NCBI GenBank assembly: GCA_976226885.1
Contig: OZ320317.1
Span: 46,810,001 to 46,874,000, forward strand
DNA from: Iphione sp. A-MEVVRFRX5
Lineage: Eukaryota
DNA: 64,000 nucleotides
Direction of reading: 5' to 3'
The notes under the pieces are model-generated. The model ran no database searches, was not told the origin of the DNA, and saw only the letters and a program-made list of their open reading frames with translations. Shown one piece after another: positions 50,601 through 64,000 of this stretch. Made by a program: the position numbers and the translations under genes. The first letter of the stretch is position 1, and each line of letters starts with the position of its first letter.

Positions 50601-53318
50601 GGGCACACGGCGTGACCTTTGACCCAACGACCTCCGTCCGCGGCTACTCGGCGATGTTCGACGGCCAGTCATCTTACATACACTTCCCGACGTGGCGGCT
50701 CGTCCATCCGCAGCATATAGGACCCGATGGCCGTCCCCTGCTTTCCTTTACCATCATCATGTGGGTGCTGCGGCCGATGGCGTTCGACGACGCCGACAGT
50801 ATGACCCTGCTGTCGACCTTCGCCCGCGACCAGTCCACCGTGCAGATCGTCAGCGACCTGGACAGCAGCGACCTGTTTAACCCTGTCCAGACTATCAGGG
50901 CCTCCATTATTGTCAACCACACCATGTACGATGTCAGGGCAGAGGTCAGCAGTTCCTTACTGATTCCACCAATGATATACTCGTTACATAACAAGATCGG
51001 GAAAATCACGTCGCTCTTGTTCATATTTAAACCTGTCCGGATTAGCGACCTGCTCACTTCAATTGTGGAAATACATTATTTTTCGTCCATTCAAATCTTC
51101 CCATACCACGATCTCTCTGGTGTTCAGCTTGGGTTCGAATAGAACTTTTCACTATAACCTCTATACTCTGTGAACCGAGTTTTTGCTCAGGGAACATTTG
51201 TTCGGACTTTTTGCTCAGGGAAGCTCCTTGGTGGTGCTTTGCACTGCTTGTGAGAGTGCGTCTTATTGTTGCATTGTGTGAATTTTTTAGGTGACATGCC
51301 ACTTTCCTGGTGGACATGCCATTTGCTTTTGCTTCTCTGCGTTGTTCTCCACGTTGTCCTTGGCATACTTTCTCTGCTGTGGTCAGCATGCTTTCTCTAC
51401 GTTGTGGGTGGTGTACTTTCTCTGCTTTGTGTCGAAAAAAAGAACATCTTCGAGCCAATCCTTTTTTTAAGAGAATTCTTGTTAACTTCATCTCTGGTGA
51501 GTTATGCCTTGGGTGTCATCTCCGTACAACCTAGTTCTGAGAAGCCTTTCGCCATGTAGACAAGCATGCCCCAATGGTTTACCTGGAGAGGAGTATATGA
51601 GTAGGTTGACTGATTGATTCACATGAGACTGGAGTGGTGCTAAATCATGTGTCCGGTCCCTTTTACAGTGCAAAGGGGTGGCTGAGAAACTTATCTTCAG
51701 TACAACGTCTTCTTGCGAAATCATGATTAAATTTTTTTCTAAATGTGCGATTGAATGCATTTGTATACATGTAGAAAGAACTGGGGACAGAATCAGGCTA
51801 TGGACTGCATTGAACAGACCGTGATATAAAGCCTTTCCTTGATAATAATTACTAAAAGGAAATGACTGTCCATCGGAATAGTTTATATCGACACTGCTGC
51901 TTTTAGAACTTTCACAAGAAATAAAATGTCCGGCCTGAGTGTGTTTGCATTGAAATTTATGTTTGAGAACAAGCAGACCATGAACGGAAGACGTTGAATC
52001 TCATAAAAATGATAATGTTTTGAGATAATTATCACATATTTCACTTCATCCTTCACCGTGTACTCACTTATTTACTGCTCCTGATTTTGATATATAAACT
52101 CAAAGACTATCGCTTTCCAGAAAAAACAAACGTTATAAAATTTTAGTACGATACAACTGACATTTCCCATTTCCAGGCTCCTCTTGGTCAGTGGTTCTTC
52201 CTGGCACTCACTCTGGATGGGCTTCGGGAGACTCCTCGACTTGCTCTGGACATAGACGACCTGGAGAACTTAGAGCCTGAGGCCAGTGTAGAGCTCACGG
52301 GAATTACTGCTCTAGATGGTAAGCATACTTCACACCACACGAACGTGGAACCTGCTGAGCTACAAGTTCATGTACTCCTCTCGTAATGAATCCTCTAGGG
52401 ACACAGCTATGTTATAACGAAGTTGGCGATTTGTACAGACTTTGTGTTCTTAGGCTAGTTTCTACAGACACATGCTAAAAGGAATTAAATGAAAAGCAAC
52501 AATATATAGAGAGAGACATGTTCCGCCACAAAGACAATTGATGTTTTAGTAAATATCAAGCTATAATTCATGATAATGTATGCCTCTGATAGCAACGTTA
52601 TCAACGAGGTAACATCATAAAGGACTTATTGTATTTTTTAAGAGAGATAGGAGAAGTAAACCTCTACACTTTATTTCTAAATGTCCTTTATTTCTCCATA
52701 ATGGACGGTCCTCTCCCTTACTGCATTTTTCTGCATTGTCTGCATTTTGTAGTCTCCCCACATTAGCGATCACTATATATGTGGAATGTTATTCCTTGAT
52801 GATAATATGCACCCTGATGTGTCGAATGTCTTACATTGCTGATTGAGAAGAGTTTGTAGACGATATGTTAGTCACCAACAGGCAGGTATATTGTTTACCT
52901 TCAACCTCATTAATAATTGACATATGAACGGTTGCCTGAAATGGATCATACCCAGCATTGGAAACCCCTGTCTTTTTTTAACAGAAATGACTATGACAAA
53001 CTTGGGCCTTTACATCGGGAAACAGGTTGAGATTATTAGAGGATTTGACCAACCTTACTACTTTAAGGGTTACATCGATGATGTAAGTATCAAAATATAT
53101 ATTTTCTTGAATAAATAGTCAAAATATATTCTAGATATGATCGCTGTAAATTAAGCAATAAAGATTCCAAGCGAACGACTATCCCGGTGTATACTGCATG
53201 ATATTTGTCCATGTACGGTATATTGGCGTTTTCTTTCCGGCAGTTCTTCTGTTATGACACGGCTCTGAGCTACCACGAACTATTGGCCATTAAGGACATG
53301 ACGCTCCCTCTTCCTTGA
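44315..53318 (+). CDS. Gene 3: secreted protein, signal peptide - PAN - PAN - Thr/Pro mucin-like - PAN - three-finger(Ly6)-like - LamG/pentraxin-like (~735 aa)
   Basis: Exons 44315-44390, 45157-45423, 46159-46442, 47257-47542, 47963-48202, 48444-48605, 49520-49687, 50535-50944, 52177-52318, 52985-53082, 53244-53318 (TGA). All are GT-AG, phase-compatible and total 2208 nt. PAN motifs CVNLCLELSEC, CLDSCVMSIDC, CKKRCLDEGDKC; CSGVC..ERGC..CSCAFDRCN; YYPFDGNARDLSG..HG, W, FKGYIDD. Confidence 0.88.
46500..46575. repeat. Compound (TCTG)(TCTA)(TC) microsatellite
   Basis: Direct reading; a similar tract lies at 47570-47615. Confidence 0.8.
47570..47615. repeat. (TGTC)n/(TC)n microsatellite
   Basis: Direct reading. 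Confidence 0.8.
48765..49120. mobile_element. PIF/Harbinger (Tourist-like) MITE
   Basis: Imperfect TIRs GGCCAAAAAAAGAATAGGTGTGTTTCTGG / CCAGAAACACACATATTTTTTTTGCC, flanked by a TTA target-site duplication (48762-48764 and 49121-49123). Confidence 0.8.
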
Positions 53319-53968
53319 ACCACGAGAGACACAATTATAGATCATCACGGTATGCAGCATATGGTGGTAAAATATCTTGCGTTGGTGGCAGTAGAGGTCT
53401 CATCTCATTTAATGGCTGATGGGAAATCTTCCACAATTTTGTCAAAAAGGGGCATTTTTAAAAGCTTTTGCACGTTGTCTTCTGGCCGCGCCGCATTATT
53501 CGGGTTGATACAATCCTCTGATGTTTCCCTATATCATTACAATGACACACAAGAAATTGCTAAACAACGCTTCTTATTAGGCCTCAATATCCTAGAAAAT
53601 CCATAAAACCAAATATGGCGTATCATGCATGTGAAAACTGCTGGCAAGATAGTGTTCACTGTATTTGTATTTATGATCTACTATCAGTTTCGTTTTGCTT
53701 CATCGCAGAATAAACCAGCTTCTAATATCACAATCATCCGCATAAAAGTAGATGTTTCCTCTCTAGGGAGACATACCTTTATAGAACCATAATTACTTAT
53801 TAGGCTGTCAGATTCGAACATGAACACTAAAACCTGTCCAGAACAATCTTGATTTGTTTCATAGACTAAAATGTTTTATTCCCACAGACGTTTTCAGTGC
53901 TGCACATCGTTGTTCTGAAGACAATGAACCTTCATGGCCTTTCAGTGCCTTCCACAGTCGACACGCCT

Positions 53969-56900
53969 TCACTCTATTTCACTATAACGAAGCAGAGTGT
54001 CAGACGCATAGTCAGATATAGCTCCTTCGAAGATGTGGAGCTGGAAGTAAAAGGAATGTGGGTTTCAGATAAAATAGAGAAAACAAGAACGAAATGTAGA
54101 AACCAGCAATATGAACCATTAAAACAACATTATAATAGGATGATGGCAACAGTCATACACGTTGTAGTAAGCAATAATATAAAAAGAAATTGAGAACCAC
54201 CACGAATGGAATAGCTTTGTGCTCTATATATCTTATATATTTTATCCTTCTGAAACTATCTTTGTATGAGGATATAAAAGAGACACAGAAGACCTTTGCA
54301 GTGAAACAACACATCATCGCTGCAGTTGACTTATCGCTATTAATAAAGATATATTACATACACTTGTATTGTGATATGTTTATAATGTAACAGATTTTAT
54401 TCTTCGTCTTAGAAAATATTAAATCTCGAGATGTCTTTTGTAGCTCATACGTCCAGTTCTCATATTTATGATCTCAGAGTGAGATTATGACTGCATGTTG
54501 TACCGCTATATATTCATGCTCTGGATTTCTAATCTTGACTCTCAATAAGACTTCCGCGGAAGGCCTGAGACGGACCTGCACATGGAACACATTCAATAAA
54601 TAAGTGTTAATAATAAAGGGGAAAACTCACCTCATCCAGACACCCATGGAATGAATAGGTCGGATCATACTGCTGCTGCCTGCCTATGGTAAGGGTACCG
54701 GGTGCAATAGCTGCATTCCCTGATAGAAATCATAAAAGTTAGTACATGTAGAAATACATCCATATGTATCTCTACTAATGCCTGGCCAAAAATATGATTC
54801 ATATGATATCAGTTCTATGAATTAGAAGTGATATTGGCACACGTATTTGTTGTTTTCAGTTCTAATTAACATTGAAAAAAATACAATTAACTAAAAAGAC
54901 CTACCTACAAAACCTCTATTTTTTCAGCATGTTACAAGAAATACAGATCTGTTTAGTTTAAGCCTAAACATCAAATCAATGACCTCCCTAGAGGAATTCA
55001 TACTTAGGATTATTTCACATTGCAAGAAATAATTTAAACAAATATTTTTACCGTAAACCCTAAGTAATCAGACCACTCACCAATAAACAACCTCACAACT
55101 CAGACTAGTTTACTTTGGAACAGAATAATTTCCTATATAACCCAATATATAAACCTTTACACAGAGCATTAAGCGGGACGAGCAGCACAGGACCTACTGG
55201 TATTGCAGGTGGAGTAGAGTATTTGAGTGTTGGCCTACCCACTTTTTTCCTCCCCACTGGACCCCTCCTTGCCCTGGGAGGACCCCCCTTCTCCCTTTCT
55301 TCTCTTTCCCCTTCCCCCTCTTCCCTTTCTCTCCTTTCTCCCTTTCCCCCTAAAGCCTGAGGAAATCCAACCCCCAGGTGTCTAAGCATATTGCATGGTG
55401 TGGGCTGGGCCATAGGTCTTGACCAGCCTGTAACCATCAGCGAGCCTACCTAGCTCTAAACCATATAACCTACTACCCTAGGTATTCACCGCTGCAGATA
55501 TGACTGTGCGCACTCAGACATCAGCAGAGATCTGCCTGCTGAAACCCGGGTTTAGGGGGATGTTACTGCACAAGATCTTCAGTACTCATCATGCCTGGGT
55601 GCACACAGCTTATTCATATCACTCACTAACACCTGTCAATGATTGGTATGGGAGCCCATCACTCATCTCGCTCAGCACTGTCACCTAACAAGGGGTTTCC
55701 CACTTCCCCTGACTCAATGAGGTTGTCATTGGTAGTTGTCAGGTCCCAAATCTTTCCATGCCTGCTGCATTCCCTGCTACACACAGACAAAAGCTTTCAC
55801 AACTGCCCATAGTGCTGCATTATTGGTGTAGCACCAGTGGCCATGACACTTTGTGCCACAAACCTGGTTACCATTACCATTACATATGAATTGTTTAGTT
55901 ATAAGACAATCATTGAGGTATTTCCTCAACTTGAGAGAAATTAAAATGTGTCATCTAACCCGTAATAAGCCTCTTGAAGTCCCAGCAGGTGTAAGAACCT
56001 GAATTTACACCTGCACAATGTGTGACTTCTAGGCCTCATACCTTATTCTGTACGACAATCCTAGTCACAGAGAACCCTCGTTTTGTCCTGGCAACCTCTG
56101 CTTTGCTACCCTCTCTCAAAGTGTATGCATATAATTCTATTTTACTTGAATTTCCTCCTAATAATTCTCAAAGATAACAAAAGTCAGTAAACGCTCATTA
56201 TGAAATATACCAGCATCATATATTAGTGCAAATGTTTTCATGGCCAGGGTGATATAGCATCATGTCCCCCATATTCAGGAACAAAGAGGAGTAGAGGAAA
56301 ACAAGGAAAAGAAAATAGAAGAGGATGGAGTCCGAGGTTCAAGCTGAGATGCTCCCCTCACTCACCGGGATGAACTGAAGCAAATGCTCTTAGTCAAATA
56401 AGGAATGTCTCAAGAGTGTTGCCCATAATATGTCTGACACTTAAAGTCAAATGGAAAATACTCGATACACAAATGTTACTAAAAGTTGAAGAGGCAACAG
56501 CAAACATCCACTGCAAAGAGAAACTTCAGAACGCTAACGGATGAGTGTTTATTATTACGGGATTGAAAGACATAGCTACTTAGGCTACTAAGTATGTGCA
56601 AAGGTCTGCCAATAAAACCAGAAGCTAAATGTATTGCTCTTGATTGGGGATTGGCCAGCAATCTAAGGACAGTACCAACGCACAAGACACCAAGAACGTT
56701 TCATATTAAACGTGCAAATCTATCCAGATACGAGAGAAATAAATATGTCGATGAAGATTACCTAAAGAAACAAACATAGTTCTTTTACGAGGGCAGAAAA
56801 TCTGTTAGATATGCATTATAGGTAACTTCCGAGCCCAGGTGCAGAAGGATACGACTGTGAAGACCAGAGAAGGGCCATATGATAAGTTTAAGATTAATTC

Positions 56901-59900
56901 TATAGAAAGGCATTTGTTACTTATTACATGTTACCCTAAAAATATATTAGTATGGCATAAATATAATGCACATCGATTCTGTTCTATATCAATAAGCGTA
57001 CATATATATATATATATATATGAAGAATAATGTAACACTGGAAATCATATCACCAGTTTGGTGGTCTCCATATCCCATTCCATAGCATAATACGCAATAC
57101 AAACGTTTCGATTGATACTATGAAATGAACTCAAACCATACATTGTCGTAGCACTTCTGTTGATTTTATCTCATACTTTAACACTGTGATCTTAATGTGT
57201 ATCGATTTTGAACGATTGACCATCATATGGTTTTGTATATAAAATTGTATGGTACCAGATGGACTGCAAAATAATATATAGAATAATGTCTCTTACCTGT
57301 GTTTGCTAATCCTGTAGATGTGCTGCTAATGATTCCAAATTCGTCATTAACCGTGAGCATTATGTCAGAATCAATTCTAATTTCTGCGAACAACCAGTTG
57401 TCAGCAGGGACCTGCAGTCAAACGTTGGTAATAATGTTATCCAACCAATTGCATTGCATCTGCAACCAACGTTCGCTATTTCAGAGGTATATTTTAGGAG
57501 CGTCAGGGAATAAGACACTTGGCCTAAATAATCATATCTCACCACGTGGGCCTAAACGCAAAAATGTTAATGTTTTCATTTCTGAATCCATACCTCAAAA
57601 ATATAGCTCCGGATGTGCATGTGGAAATTCATGATTAAACTAACAATCTATGTGCACATACTTGAAGTACATATCAACCAAAGCGAAAACTGTTTTTGCT
57701 TGCAGATCTGTACTGCAAAAGTGTGGTTATATCTGTTGCCCCACATTTTGATTAGGTGTACACAACAAAATTGGCACTGGTTTGTTGCACAAACTGCCCA
57801 TTATCACCCACTCTTCACCTCTGCAGTATTTTTGCTGAATTACAAAGTCTAGAGAAGGATGTAAATTTATCCACTAATTTAGATATTTAGTTTATCAATA
57901 AAGCTGTGAATTGAGCATGATGGCTTCATATGACATCTATGAAATCTCTACAAAAATTGGCTTGATAACTCTTTGTTTACACTGTACTGGCCGGATTCCC
58001 CCACTCCAAGAATACAATCATGGAGAAAAAGTGTAAAACGATTATTTTTTGATAAGGGAATATGAAACATGAGGAACGGAAATTTATTAGTTATATCCGA
58101 AATAGGTTTTTCACGGTGAAGATCAACGCATGTGTATTTACCAGATCAGAGCTGACGGTAAACAGACTGGATCCGAGTCGAACGGCTGCAGTCAATGTGT
58201 AATTCAGTGCATCCAGTGAGTCGTCAACTTCACTGGGTTAGGGAGAAAAGAAGGCTCATATCAATGCTAGAAGCAAGTATCACAGCTGGACAGCAAGTCG
58301 TACACGGTATGCTATGCTTAGCTGAAATATCTGAACTCGTACCGTGAACAGCAGTGCATGTATTTAACTGGCTTTGTTCAATTAAAGTACAAGTAGTTCG
58401 ACTAAATATATTGTATTAGCACAAACTGACACTGCATTATCACGAGTACCCAGTGTAAGATTCAAATGTATGTATTTCAAAGCTGCAATAATTACTGCAA
58501 TCTACATACCTGTATAATTCAATTGGGGAGTCGCCTCGGTTGGGACTGAATGAGAAGATGGTCATTGAGCTGTTCACCCCGGAGCTTATTTTAACCCAAA
58601 GCGTGGCGCTTAGCGTATGATCGGCTTGAAAGGAGAGTACATTTAGATATGACATTTCAGAGCTGAAAATCATTTTTCATCTTTTTAGTTTATTATTCAA
58701 TTCTCTGTTCCGAAGACCTTCATCGGACGTTAGTCAGATTATATTTTGATTTGGAAATAAAGTACAGAAAAAAGTACAGAAACATAAAATGATCAAATTG
58801 AAAGTTATGAAGTCTGCATTTCTGTCAATATCAATGGCAGAAAATTCAAAGAAACTAAATAAATTGCATGTGTCACATCCTTCCGATTGAAAGCACCCCC
58901 GATAAGAATAAGCCTTACGTGAGAGCTGAATCAGCCTTGTTGATGGTATTGTTATACTTGAATCTCCATGAAAGCACGCCGAAGACTTTCTGGATTTCTT
59001 GTCCAGCACGTTAAACAACACCGGCCCGTGAATATTACCATGACGCTGGAAGCCTGACAGATCTATGGCACTGTAGTCAAATGCGTAGTAGGCAATGATA
59101 GCTGGTTGAAAAAAAAAGATATTTATATTAAATACACCAACACAACAAATAGGGTGACGTTTCATGATAAGTTTGAATTTTTCCAACGGTTCGTACAATT
59201 TAGTGTATTGGTAAACGAACTCGGGCTGATTTGATCACACAAGGGAATAAGATGATTCATACTTCTAGCCGTTACACTGCAGCCAGTCATGGCTAACGCA
59301 CCCTATCGCATCCTTGTCCTATCATACTTGATAACTGACTCATCACAGAGGTTAGTTGGCATGTAGTCTTATAGGAGTTTGGCAGGCAGCAAACGGATTT
59401 TACAGGCCCAGAAAGCAGCGCAACAACCTGGCCTGACTAAAGCCACGAAAGATCTGCATGTCAAGGCTAATGTTATGCCTCCGTAGTGACAATGTCTGTG
59501 TTTTAATGCAAAATTGCATGAATTTAGGAAGGGGTATTGAAGAATTGCATGAAGACTAGGCGCAGTAGGTTGAAGATGTTAATTGTTGGAGTGGGAAGTC
59601 ACGTAGCTGTTGGAATAACTGATGGCAAGGATGAAGCATACATAAATGTTTTGCTTCATTTGGATGTCCAGAAAAGATAACTTTCAGATGGTGTGACGTT
59701 GTAATGATGCAAATCTTTGATGGCACACGTTGGTGGCCTTTGGCCCAGCCATTAATTGTTCTTAAAGCATGGCAGTCATGTATTTCCCTGTGTTCCTACA
59801 TGGGAACTGTGGGTAATACATCTTGAATTCCAGAGCCATGGATGAATGATCCTACCCAACTAATGACCGATTGTTCATTATGACCTGGACTATATTCGGT

Positions 59901-62900
59901 GTGAGATGAATTGAGCACCTTGTTACGCAGGCTGTTCATTGCACGTTTTGATAATGGCAAGTTAGGGGCCTACCCTAGGTGTTTGTCAGGCGTGACCAGA
60001 TGGAATGTTTATTGCATTTGAGACTAGTTGGTCTTTAGTCAAGCCAACGTTTCAGGTGGCTCAAGTACAGCCTTGACTCATTTAGGTGAACCGATGGGAG
60101 TAGGATGGACATGTATGGGTTATTCAATGAATTGGAGGAATATGGCAGAGGGGCAGAAGGAAGAACAATGCACTTTGAAAATATACCTTGATATTTACCT
60201 GACCCGCATAACCGAATGTATATGTGAGAGGAAAAATGGCATCGGTCTCACTTTTGGTCCAAAACAATTCTGGAAATAACACGGCTTATTGAGCATCGTC
60301 CATTAGGCCAACTATATTGTATACCTTTATATTCCAACATTTACTAGCCACAGGATCTTTCCAGAGGTTGTTGGTGACACTTGGAATCTAAACACACCAG
60401 CAGCCTCAATCAGTATCTTGTATGCTTGTTGCAAGGAGACATAAATGAGTTATTCACACCAAAACGTGCCTTTTTAGTATGAAAATTGCAAACCTCTTCC
60501 CTAGCCTCACAATAATCTGCATCTCATAGATAAGGTTTGCAATGAAGAAGCCACTCCAAGTGCAGGCCTCACCTAATCTCCGCCCCTTAGAGATAAGGTA
60601 GGAATAATGAACAATCGGCCATAAACCCTTCACTCAAGACTTTGTGTGGGGACCCTTGCGACATGCCTCTAAGAAAAACATGAAGCCCGAGACTATAGAC
60701 TCTGTCGAGGTTGAGGGTAAAATATGTTTATGAACTGTACAAATAGTGTATATGTATAACATATACCTATACTGTGAGGGACATGGTGAAAATTGCAAAA
60801 AAAAGAGGAAGGTGGGGGGGATGTCAGAGTCTGCTCCTACATTAATGAAAGAAAAATTTTACTTGAGGTTATGCTAAAGATGTATTTATTTTTAAAAAAT
60901 CAAATGTTTCTCGGCGTTATGCTAAATATGCATTCAATTAATTAGAAATGGCAAATCTTTCTGGAGGTTATACTAACTATTCACTGAATTGATGAAAAAC
61001 CGCAAATTTGGCCAGAAGTTTGGCTAAAGATGTATTGAACTTATTTTATAAAAAAGCAAACATTTCCAGAGGTTGTACTAATGATACATTTGATTTATGA
61101 CAAACAGGAAAGAAAGGAGGTGGATCTCCCCCGACATTAATGAATGAAAGTAAATTTTGATGCAAAAAGTAAGCCAGAGTTCAACATAAACCTATGAATG
61201 AATACAAGAATGATACTACAACCATTGTCCTGACTCTGTGGCTCATTGGATAGGATTTGATTACACGCATACACGTATCTGATCTAGCCCACCTTTTTGT
61301 AGCAGTTTTGAGAATATAGAATTCAGCTCTTTTTTCAATAAAAGCTCATTATAATCAAATTGTGTAATTTTGTCCCTATTTGTGTCATTTTGTACCCTAC
61401 ATGTCTCTATTGACGAATATCTTCTGCGAAGAATGTCCGCTGGGAAATTAAAGAAAAGTGCATGTTTTGCTATTTCCTGTATTCATCCTGCTAAGTCAAT
61501 ACCCTTTGTGAATTTTCAGTGAAACCTCCCTTAGGGGGACACCCTTGGTTCCCAGTGAAATGTACCCAGTTATGCATTAAAAGGCTTGGTTCCAGCAAAA
61601 CCTCCAACCAGTAAAGATGTGGTCCTTGCCCTTAGGTGGCCCGATACAATGGCTCTACAGTACACATTTCCTACTATTACTTAAAATAAAAAAAAACTAT
61701 GCACATTAATACACTACCAAAGTTGAGTTCATTTAGGTGCATTTCTTCCACGATGCATTCTTTGGGACTGGTACAGAAATTGGTTAAATGAATCATCTAT
61801 AGGTGTGCACAGATACGTACATGGAAGAGCCGTGATATTTAAGCCGTTGCAGTAGTCGCCCATGCAGTGGCACTCAACTGCTGAAGTGTCTTCATCCACT
61901 ACGGCACACTTTCGCCACCCCAGGAAAGAATCGTCGCCGCAACCTCGCTCAATGAGATCTGAAAACAATATACTACATACAGTGTACTCGGCAACCTCTG
62001 CCGGCAGATGGATATTTAAATACTCCATAGATTGACGTGGTTTGGATAATACAGTGATTTCTCACCCTGGTCCAACATCTGCCTCAAACATTGGACCAAT
62101 GTCTAAAAAACGCTGGACTGAGAGTTTTTCAAAGTTGAGTATCACTGCAATTTACCTACCGTATAGTAGAGATCTCTCCCAAACTAAATCACTTCACAAT
62201 ACGGCGTTTAACAGGTTTTCCAGCAAGCAGAGCTAGATTATTGTTAAGGTCTACCTAGATTCAACTGCAAATAAATACAAGTATACAATATGGACAGCCC
62301 TTGATTGCTGGGTGTGCTTATAAGGTCTAAATAAGTGAACCAGTGATCTCTATTTACCTGACTCTCCTGAAGAGCTGGGGGTAAAGAGTACAAAGCAATA
62401 GCCGGAACAGTTTGTAAATTGGACAGGTCTGGTGTCTTCCACAGCTCTTTGCCCGTGCTCCACACATTGCATGGGAGGCAACGTATCACCTATCAGGTAA
62501 CAACATGGTTAAAAAGCATTTATTCGAGTAATTTTCAAATATGGTGAAATCATGGCACGAAATGGACTTAAGGACGTATATATGCTCAAATCATTATTTG
62601 ACTTGAAGCATTTGTACACGTCCTATGTTTTTTGTCCAAAAAATGTTATTATTTAGACCAGAATCTACAGAGTATATTGTTTGGTACTTACATGGGTTGT
62701 AGATATAGTGGGCTCTACTTTGGTTACTTTTCTGTATATCGTCTGGTGTCGTTGCAGTGTCAAAGTAGGAGCATTCCTTCAGGCTGGAGTCCCAGTCGAT
62801 AGCATGACAGGTGACTGACGGACCCTCCAGGTTCATATTAGTGCAAAAGGCTTTACATTTTTCCACCGTGTCTACCTCTTCACCTGCCGCTCTTCCCTCC

Positions 62901-62937
62901 GTTCTCTGCGACTTGGGAAACTTAGCGTAGGGGCAGG
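53969..62937 (-). CDS. Gene 4 (5'-incomplete): PAN - three-finger(Ly6)-like - LamG/pentraxin-like
   Basis: Exons 62937-62692 (CKAFCTN..CHAIDWD), 62489-62358 (CSGYC), 61958-61821 (ERGC..CHCMGDYCN), 59101-58919 (YYAFD..DLSG..HG), 58624-58510, 58232-58142, 57411-57297, 54719-54631 (FHGCLDE), 54040-53969 (TGA). All are GT-AG and phase-compatible. Upstream exons were not found in the window. Confidence 0.85.
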
Positions 62938-63699
62938 CTGTAGATAATTGATACACCAGATAGGTATATACGTTAGGTATGATTCACAAATTTCTTTAAG
63001 TCCAAATTTGCACAGTTCCAACTAGGAAACGTCAAGCAATTCCACTTATGCACAACCTCTCTGGAATCTTGCAACGGTGCAACATATCATTAATTCAAAA
63101 TTTCAGAATTGCATGAGTACACGTATTATAGAATCGAAGTGTTTGGAAGCTGATTGGAGAGAGTCAGAGGGAGAGAGTGTTTAGGTCAGATTAAGAATGT
63201 GATAATATGCATATCGTTTGGGAAAACAACTAACAATTGGTACAAAGTTGTTAAATTTTAGGATAATTTGTGGAATCTTTTTCTGTTTTGGTGCATATTT
63301 GTTGGACCTGAACCCAATGTGTGGAAATATAGACATTTTGGTGCAAAACTGTTCAATTGGAGCGTGTTGAAATTGTTGGGTTTTTGTTAATTCAGACGCT
63401 ACGCAAATCGAGCATTTTTCTTACTGACCCACACACAATTCTCCTTGTAGGGTTACAAGTGTTCTCCTGTTTTTGTCACACCAGTGGCTGTTCAAAGAGG
63501 AGGTGTGATATGTGTGCGTACGTGAAAACGATTCTTGAGCCTCTCGGTCGTATTTTCGCAAATCTGTATGACTTTTCTGCATTAGTGAGTACATCTAAAC
63601 TATTCTTGAGCCTTCCTTGCACGATTTTTCCAACACCTGTGTGTGCATTTTGCATTATGCATTGAAATTGTTACACGCCTCCAGGAAATTTGGGCATTT

Positions 63700-64000
63700 A
63701 TGCATGATATATACAACAATATTGATAATCGCAATCCATATGAGTATGTATAAATATGGGATGAAAGCTACCTCTCTCATATTTTGAGCCAATTGCCATT
63801 TGTAAACATGCATTTTTTGCATAGGAAATGGATTACCCATTGTGGTATGAAGTCAGAGAAAGGTGGAATAATGCAAACAGCAGTGCCACTGTTGAGAAAT
63901 GTAACATAATTTGAGTAGATTCCTTCTGGTATCAGCCAAAGGGTTTCATGTTCAGAAGCACAACTGCTCGCACAACCTCTAATAGAGAAAAGAGACTGGT
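63700..64000 (-). mobile_element. Possible LINE 3' remnant
   Basis: The minus strand has a TTMGNPF..KMH-like fragment resembling the TRGN..KL..H C-terminus of LINE ORF2; very degenerate. Confidence 0.25.

Noticed and set aside
1-64000. tRNA or rRNA genes
   Set aside because: No cloverleaf with A/B boxes or rRNA-like conserved sequence was recognised by eye.

Overview
Intron-rich invertebrate (metazoan) genomic DNA. The lineage is probably spiralian, which is inference only. Bases 1-25.4 kb are mostly nested mobile DNA: minisatellites, a foldback MITE, CACTA-like transposase remnants, a decayed DIRS/Ngaro-like tyrosine-recombinase retrotransposon with a minimal hammerhead ribozyme motif, and an old CR1/L2-group LINE. 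They also hold a near-full-length 6.6-kb CR1/L2-group LINE (4195-10808) inserted into a 125-bp satellite. This LINE appears tricistronic: ORF1 ends in a NADAR (YbiA-like) domain, a separate middle ORF looks like a degenerate SGNH hydrolase, and the APE-RT ORF2 is disrupted. Bases 25.5-64 kb hold four related genes for extracellular modular proteins in alternating orientation (+,-,+,-). I rebuilt them by hand from GT-AG junctions and codon phase. Three share a PAN/Apple + three-finger(Ly6)-like + C-terminal LamG/pentraxin-like architecture; one is PAN-mucin-PAN. All domain calls come from motif recognition by eye; no database search was run.
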